From Candidatus Moraniibacteriota bacterium (lineage in GTDB: Bacteria > Patescibacteriota > Minisyncoccia > Moranbacterales > GCA-2747515): a DNA stretch of 64,000 bases. The notes under the pieces are model-generated. The model was not told where the DNA came from. It was given only the letters and a program-made list of their open reading frames with translations, and searched no databases. Position numbers and translations under genes: made by a program. The stretch is taken from the NCBI GenBank assembly GCA_040772365.1, contig JAXGYI010000003.1:7234-71233 (forward strand), read 5' to 3'. Shown piece after piece: positions 58,883 through 64,000 of this stretch (position 1 is its first letter; every line of letters begins with the position of its first letter).

Positions 58883-59479
58883 ATGGATCAGAAAAAAACG
58901 AATAACCACAACAATGGTAAGAAAGTTATCTTAGGACTTGTAGGGGAGACGGGTAGCGGGAAGGATACGGTGGCGCACTACTTGCAGCGCCGCTATGATG
59001 TAGACTTGTTACGTTTCAGCAAACCGCTCAAAAAAACACTGAGCCTCTTCTTTGAGCAGCCATCTAAGGATGATCAAGCGTGGCTCTACAGCGTTTTTAA
59101 AGAGCGTTTTGGTGAAGATGTTCTACATCGAGGCATTGCGCGATACATTAGTCAACATAGCGGCATGATGTGCGTCAATGGATTGCGGATGATGATGGAT
59201 ATGGATTTTGTCCGATCTTATGAGCACAACTACGTCATTTATGTAACAGCGGATCAGAAGATGCGGTGGGAGCGAGCATTGTCACGTGGGGAGAAATCTG
59301 ATGACAATCAGACATTTGCAGAGTTTAAGAAGTTTGAGGAAACAGCAGAAACAGAGCAGGCTGTACCAAAAATTGGCGCACAAGCGGATTTTACAGTACG
59401 CAATGAGGGTACGATGGAGGAATTGCTTGCACAGGTCGATGCTGTTATGGAGCAGATTATTGCTACAGAAGATCTCTAG
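58883..59479 (+). CDS. P-loop nucleoside/nucleotide kinase-like protein (paralogue 1)
   Basis: Walker [15 protein letters not shown]. Overall collinear similarity to the ORF at 60067 (…RFS…L…, VDG[VL]R, …TF[AQ][EQ]F…, ADF[TV]V[RI]N.GT…L..QVDA…). Confidence 0.5.
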   Translation: MDQKKTNNHNNGKKVILGLVGETGSGKDTVAHYLQRRYDVDLLRFSKPLKKTLSLFFEQPSKDDQAWLYSVFKERFGEDVLHRGIARYISQHSGMMCVNGLRMMMDMDFVRSYEHNYVIYVTADQKMRWERALSRGEKSDDNQTFAEFKKFEETAETEQAVPKIGAQADFTVRNEGTMEELLAQVDAVMEQIIATEDL

Positions 59480-59499
59480 GATTCACATCGTGCACTGCT

Positions 59500-60060
59500 A
59501 TGCGTAACGACAAACGTACAACATATCTTGACTGGGATGAGACATTCATGTTGATGAGTCAATTGATCGCACATCGGTCAAAAGATCCTTCCACGCAAGT
59601 CGGTGCATGCATTGTTGATGCGGACAATGTTATTGTCGGGCTCGGCTATAACGGTTTTCCCCGTGGGTGTCACGACGACAAATTGCCGTGGTGCCGTGAG
59701 GGGGCGGCATTGGATACAAAGTATGCTTATGTAGTACATGCTGAAGCCAATGCCATTATGAATGCCAATGATTCTGTTGTAGGCTGTCGGATGTACGTGG
59801 ATTTGTTTCCGTGCAATGAGTGTGCAAAGATCATTATCCAAAGCGGTATCCGCGAGGTGATTTACAACAGCGATAAGTACGTCGATGTGGATATTTTCAA
59901 GGCGTCGCGGAAAATGTTGAAGATGGCTGGTGTGCAGTTGCGTCACTATGTGCCACGGCACCAGTTGGTGGTACAGCCCTGTAGCACAGAGAAGAACGAT
60001 GTTGCGCCGCGCAAACATACGCGTCGCCAGGTACGTCGTGTAAGAACTGTTAAGACATAA
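59500..60060 (+). CDS. dCMP deaminase (cytidine/deoxycytidylate deaminase zinc-binding family)
   Basis: HAEANAI (H-A-E zinc and catalytic motif) and PCNECAKII (PC-x2-C). Confidence 0.8.
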   Translation: MRNDKRTTYLDWDETFMLMSQLIAHRSKDPSTQVGACIVDADNVIVGLGYNGFPRGCHDDKLPWCREGAALDTKYAYVVHAEANAIMNANDSVVGCRMYVDLFPCNECAKIIIQSGIREVIYNSDKYVDVDIFKASRKMLKMAGVQLRHYVPRHQLVVQPCSTEKNDVAPRKHTRRQVRRVRTVKT

Positions 60061-60066
60061 AGCAGT

Positions 60067-60609
60067 ATGGCGCAGATGATTATTGGACTTGCTGGTGAGA
60101 TGGGAAGCGGCAAGGGAACAGTAGCGCAATATTTGGTAGAACATAAAGGTGCATCAGTGCATAGGTTCTCTACGATGCTACGTGATGTGTTGACGCGTAT
60201 GCACATTGAGCAGACGCGTGAAAATTTGCAGGCACTCTCCAAAATTTTGCGAGAGACCTATGGGCAGGATACTTTTGCACGCGTGATCGCCGAAGATGTT
60301 AAAGCGGATGCCGCGCCCCTCGTTATCGTAGATGGCGTACGGCGCGAGTCTGATATTGTGTACCTGCGTGACAATCCTGTGTTTCACCTGGTATTTATCG
60401 ACACAGATCTGCGCACGCGCTACGAGCGCATTATTCGGCGAGCAGAAAATGCAGATGATCAAGGGAAGACATTCGCGCAGTTTGTGGAAGAAAGTCGCGC
60501 TGACGCTGAGGTGCAGATTGCTGCACTAAAAGATGTCGCTGATATTGTGATCAACAATAACGGCACAGTAGCAGATCTCCATCGGCAAGTAGACGCATTT
60601 TTGTCGTAG
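60067..60609 (+). CDS. P-loop nucleoside/nucleotide kinase-like protein (paralogue 2)
   Basis: Walker A GLAGEMGSGKGTVA. Paralogous to 58883-59479. Confidence 0.5.
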   Translation: MAQMIIGLAGEMGSGKGTVAQYLVEHKGASVHRFSTMLRDVLTRMHIEQTRENLQALSKILRETYGQDTFARVIAEDVKADAAPLVIVDGVRRESDIVYLRDNPVFHLVFIDTDLRTRYERIIRRAENADDQGKTFAQFVEESRADAEVQIAALKDVADIVINNNGTVADLHRQVDAFLS

Positions 60610-60647
60610 TGCTAGTGGAATGCTGCGTGTTGTGAGAAAGTTCTTTA

Positions 60648-61019
60648 TTGGAGGAAATAGTGTGTGGTGGTAGTGTGCACATTTTTGTGGAACAAAAGGA
60701 GGTTGTCATGGAACAGCAAACAGTGCTTTGTTACGTACCATCGGAAGAAATGGTGATGATGATGTACGATCTGCGCCATATCTTGGATCGTGTACACATG
60801 CCGTGGAGCGAGGTGCTTTTCACTGTCAGTGATGATGAGCAGGAGGTGACCTGTGGCGGAGTAGTTATTCCGACAGAAGGATTGGACCTTATACAGCACC
60901 ACATCCACCATTACGGGTGTATGCTGGAATTTTCTGAATGTGTATTTTCAGAACATGCATGCCCTGCAGAAATGTACGTCATTGTGCAGGGCAATGTGTT
61001 TAACACAGTTACGCAATGA
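60648..61019 (+). CDS. Hypothetical protein (Cys/His-rich)
   Basis: ORF only. Confidence 0.25.
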   Translation: MEEIVCGGSVHIFVEQKEVVMEQQTVLCYVPSEEMVMMMYDLRHILDRVHMPWSEVLFTVSDDEQEVTCGGVVIPTEGLDLIQHHIHHYGCMLEFSECVFSEHACPAEMYVIVQGNVFNTVTQ

Positions 61020-61123
61020 CGTGGAAATCCGTCGCGCTGTCATCGAAATTGCGGCGGATTTTTATAATTCCGTTGTTGCAAAAAACACTAAGACATGTAT
61101 ACTGGATAGGTATAAAAAACTAT

Positions 61124-61195
61124 TGGGCCGTAGCCAAGCGGTAAGGCAATGGGTTCTGGTCCCATGATGCGTAGGTTCGAATCCTACCGGCCCAA
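61124..61195 (+). tRNA. tRNA-Gln (anticodon CUG)
   Basis: Cloverleaf: acceptor TGGGCCG / CGGCCCA, D-region GCCAAGCGGTAAGGC (as in bacterial tRNA-Gln), anticodon stem ATGGG / CCCAT with loop TTCTGGT, T-arm GTAGGTTCGAATCCTAC, discriminator A. CCA is not encoded. Confidence 0.8.
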
Positions 61196-61337
61196 CATAT
61201 ATTGTGGAATTTTTTCCCATCTTCATTATTGGCATGTATGTGATAGGTGTAGCGTGGTGTCTGCATCTTACGGCTTGTGGTGTTTTGTTGTATACTGACA
61301 GGAGAGTGTGTAACGTAATGAAATTGTATATTATTCT

Positions 61338-62465
61338 ATGGCACAAAAACGACGTATTGTTTTGGCAGGCGCTGGTACTGGTGGGCATGTCTTCCCACTC
61401 GCTGCCGTTGCTGAGCAACTGAAAGTACAATATCCGCATTGCGAATTTCTTTACATTGGTACGAAATCACAAATGAGCGATGTCGCTGAAGCGGCGATGG
61501 CGCAGATGGATATTCCAACCATTAACATCACTACAGGAAAAATGCGGCGGTATTTTTCCGTAGAATATTTTATAGATTTTTTTCGTATTCCATGGGGTGT
61601 TATACAGAGCCTGTGGCATCTTTTAATTTTTATGCCTGATGCAGTCTTCTCTAAAGGCGGCTATGCATCAGTGCCAGTTGTGGTTGCAGCATGGTTGTAC
61701 CGTATTCCTATTCTAACCCACGAGTCTGATGCTGTACCTGGGTGGGCAAATCGTATATGTGGGAAATTATCGCGCTATGTAGCAATTTCTTTTGCTGACA
61801 CGAAGAAGTATTTTCTTGCACGCAAAACAGTAATGACGGGCAATCCGATTCGCACGGTAATGACGCAGGGTGATCGCATGCGGGGCTATCAGCGATGGAA
61901 TTTTTCGGAATCGCGACCGGTGATTTTTGTTGTGGGAGGTAGTCAAGGATCGCAACGTATCAATGAGGCACTCATACGTATCTTGCCGGATCTTTCGCCG
62001 TTTGCACAGGTTTTACATGTGACCGGTCCGGATCACTACCAGGGTTTGTTGCCACTGGTGGGGGAAATGGGCTTCAAATCGGGTCGTAGACGATATTTTA
62101 TGGCGCCATTCTTACATCGTGAGGAGATGGCAGATGCCTATGCGATGGCTGATGTGGTCATTGCCCGCGCTGGTGCTAATACCATTACGGAGCTAGCGGC
62201 AAATCATAAGGTGGCGATTCTTGTGCCGCTTGTGGGAAGCGCTAATAATCATCAGGCAATGAATGCATATAGTGCGGCAAAGGCTGGCGGAGCACTTGTT
62301 TTGGAGGAGAGTAATCTCGGGAGCTCACTATTTTTTGAGAGGATTAACAAAATTTTACATGATCGCGATCTACGATTAAAGCTACAAAACAACATTGGGC
62401 AATTTTATCGTCCTGATGCTGCGGCAGTAATTGCTGCAGGCGTGATCAAGATGATTGAGAAATAA
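61338..62465 (+). CDS. murG: Undecaprenyldiphospho-muramoylpentapeptide beta-N-acetylglucosaminyltransferase
   Basis: MAQKRRIVLAGAGTGGHVFPLAAVAEQL… GT28 MurG N-terminus and the C-terminal …GGSQGSQRIN… motif. Confidence 0.9.
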   Translation: MAQKRRIVLAGAGTGGHVFPLAAVAEQLKVQYPHCEFLYIGTKSQMSDVAEAAMAQMDIPTINITTGKMRRYFSVEYFIDFFRIPWGVIQSLWHLLIFMPDAVFSKGGYASVPVVVAAWLYRIPILTHESDAVPGWANRICGKLSRYVAISFADTKKYFLARKTVMTGNPIRTVMTQGDRMRGYQRWNFSESRPVIFVVGGSQGSQRINEALIRILPDLSPFAQVLHVTGPDHYQGLLPLVGEMGFKSGRRRYFMAPFLHREEMADAYAMADVVIARAGANTITELAANHKVAILVPLVGSANNHQAMNAYSAAKAGGALVLEESNLGSSLFFERINKILHDRDLRLKLQNNIGQFYRPDAAAVIAAGVIKMIEK

Positions 62466-62540
62466 AATACGTAGAAACGATGCATTGCATAGCGCAGACG
62501 TGTTGAGTGGATACTCTGTGATGATGACTAAGACACATCT

Positions 62541-63893
62541 ATGGCACAAATTTACATGATCAATATTGGTGGAGCCGGGACATCGGCATTGGCACTGCTG
62601 TTGCATGGGCGTGGTAATGTGGTGAGTGGCGTAGATACAGGTGATGGATTTTATACGCGTGCGTTGGAGAAGAAGGGTATTTGTGTACATACAGCTTTTG
62701 ATGCGGCACATGTGACAGATGCTATTGACCTTGTGGTGTACTCCACCTCTGTTGCAGCGGATAATGTGGAATTACGCGCTGCACAGGATGCTGGCGTGCG
62801 TACGATCACGTATCCGGAAGCGATAGGAGAGCTGACGCAGCAGATGCGTACGATTGCGGTATGTGGAACACACGGCAAAACAACAACAGCAGGAATGACA
62901 GCATATGCGTTGACTGGCGCTGGCATGGACCCCAGTGCGATTGTGGGCGCACAGATTGTAGAATGGGGCGGTGGTGCACGTGTTGGTGCAAGTACAATTT
63001 TGGTTCTTGAGGCAGATGAGTATCAAAATAAGTTAGCACTCTACAACCCATTTGGTGTTATTCTGACAAGTGCGGATTATGATCATCCGGATTTTTTCTC
63101 ATCACCGGAGTCCTATCATGAGGTGTTTGCAGATTTTATTGCGCGCGTACCCCAGCAGGGCTTCGTGGTTGCGAACGGCGATGATCCTGCTGTACGAGAT
63201 ATTGTTACATCGGCGCAATGTCGAGTAGTGCTGTATGGCGCTGGCGAAGACAACGACTGTGTGATTACATCACGTACGCCGAAGAGTGACTGGGGACAGG
63301 AGGTCCATATACGTCACGATGGTGTAGAGATGGTGCTAGTAACACGTTTGGATGGTGCGCATAATGCAGCAAATGCTGTTGCGGCATGGCTTGCAAGTAG
63401 TGCAATGAGTGGCAATGTGCGCGATAGCGCAAAGGGTATTACAGCCTTCACTGGCACAGCACGTCGTGCTGAGATGCGTGGTGTATTACATGGTGCGGTG
63501 CTGATTGATGATTACGCCCACCATCCTAAAGAAATTGCAGCAACGATTGCTGCTGTGCGGGAAAAATATCCCCATCGGAAGCTGACAGTTGCATTTCATC
63601 CACACACATTTACACGCACGCAGGCGCTGCTTCCAGACTTTGCCGCTGCACTGTCTACCGCGGATCGTGTAATAGTTTTGGATATTTATGGTAGTGCACG
63701 TGAGGAGGCGGGCACCGTGCATGCAATGGATCTTGTTGACGCAATCAATATTACTGCACGAGATCGGGCGCGCCATATTCCAACAGTTGTTGCATTGGCT
63801 ACGTGGATGCGTGACGCATTTACTGAAAACGATGTCTGCATTACTATGGGCGCTGGTGATATTTGGCAGGTTTATGAAATGCTTGGTTTTTGA
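62541..63893 (+). CDS. murC: UDP-N-acetylmuramate--L-alanine ligase
   Basis: …IGGAGTSALALLL… N-terminal motif and Mur ligase P-loop VCGTHGKTTTAGM. Confidence 0.9.
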   Translation: MAQIYMINIGGAGTSALALLLHGRGNVVSGVDTGDGFYTRALEKKGICVHTAFDAAHVTDAIDLVVYSTSVAADNVELRAAQDAGVRTITYPEAIGELTQQMRTIAVCGTHGKTTTAGMTAYALTGAGMDPSAIVGAQIVEWGGGARVGASTILVLEADEYQNKLALYNPFGVILTSADYDHPDFFSSPESYHEVFADFIARVPQQGFVVANGDDPAVRDIVTSAQCRVVLYGAGEDNDCVITSRTPKSDWGQEVHIRHDGVEMVLVTRLDGAHNAANAVAAWLASSAMSGNVRDSAKGITAFTGTARRAEMRGVLHGAVLIDDYAHHPKEIAATIAAVREKYPHRKLTVAFHPHTFTRTQALLPDFAAALSTADRVIVLDIYGSAREEAGTVHAMDLVDAINITARDRARHIPTVVALATWMRDAFTENDVCITMGAGDIWQVYEMLGF

Positions 63894-63941
63894 TATACTG
63901 AGCGCGAGGAAGATAATAGGTGTTTTTTGTAGAATCCTATG

Positions 63942-64000
63942 ATGATTATTGTTAGAGAAAATGAAGCGTTAGCGCCAAAAACAACATTTGACATCGGTGG
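63942..64000 (+). CDS. murB: UDP-N-acetylenolpyruvoylglucosamine reductase, N-terminal fragment (continues beyond the window)
   Basis: MMIIVRENEALAPKTTFDIGG matches the MurB N-terminal …L..TTF.IGG motif. Confidence 0.5.
   Translation, partial: MIIVRENEALAPKTTFDIG

Noticed and set aside
1-64000. Insertion sequences, integrases, or phage genes that might explain the AT-rich block or the duplication
   Set aside because: No transposase (DDE/HTH), integrase (R…HxxR…Y) or phage structural motifs were recognised in any frame. No long inverted terminal repeats were seen at the 13.1 kb or 18.7 kb boundaries.

Overview
This is a bacterial chromosomal window with moderate GC, standard genetic code, compact genes and many 4-nt ATGA stop/start overlaps. 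Reading left to right:

- **1–9.5 kb:** parA (partial) and parB, a frameshifted glycogen-debranching-family glycosidase, an alpha/beta hydrolase, an S2P protease, an amidohydrolase, murD, and ComEC split into a channel ORF and an MBL-domain ORF.
- **9.6–24.5 kb and 34.8–39.5 kb:** a large cell-envelope glycan locus. It contains several GT2/GT4 fusion glycosyltransferases, a Wzm/Wzt ABC-2 exporter whose ATPase carries a C-terminal carbohydrate-binding-like domain, a methyltransferase-like protein with a coiled-coil repeat tail (by inference an analogue of the WbdD/Wzt chain-length terminator), and UDP-glucose dehydrogenase. It also has a GtrB-like polyprenol-phosphate glycosyltransferase, a flippase-like membrane protein and an ArnT/PMT-like GT-C enzyme. 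An AT-rich block of about 5.6 kb (13.1–18.7 kb) carrying three of these genes looks horizontally acquired, and a degraded glycosyltransferase fragment sits at its right edge.
- **24.6–34.7 kb (most notable):** a cluster of paralogous secreted proteins. Each has a different head: a beta-propeller repeat domain, a parallel beta-helix, an S8 subtilisin-like protease, or a SpoIID/LytB domain. All share a module of three to eight copies of a ~45-aa repeat (P-x-[HY]-R-F-[YW]-S-x5-H-F-Y-T-x-S-x2-E-[KR]-x7-Y-x3-W-x-Y-E-G-[VI]-A-[WF]-Y-A). By inference this is a surface-anchoring or ligand-binding module. One paralogue is a recently duplicated, now disrupted copy: a ~209-bp identical direct repeat, a 1-bp deletion and an in-frame TAA.
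- **39.5–47 kb:** prfA transcribed divergently from infA-rpmJ-rpsM-rpsK-rpsD-rpoA-rplQ-rplM-rpsI. The RpoA ORF stops right after the N-terminal domain, so the alpha C-terminal domain is missing. cysS and corA follow.
- **48–54.5 kb:** yidD, a short signal peptidase I, and a heat-shock operon. The operon has a perfect CIRCE operator overlapping its promoter, hrcA, a NUDIX-GrpE fusion ORF, hsp20 and dnaK.
- **54.5–64 kb:** an NlpE-N-like lipoprotein, an M20 peptidase, secE-nusG-rplK-rplA, two paralogous P-loop kinases flanking a dCMP deaminase, tRNA-Gln(CUG), murG, murC and the start of murB.

No CRISPR arrays, transposases or rRNA genes were seen. All functional calls rest on motif recognition by eye. 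No database search was run.
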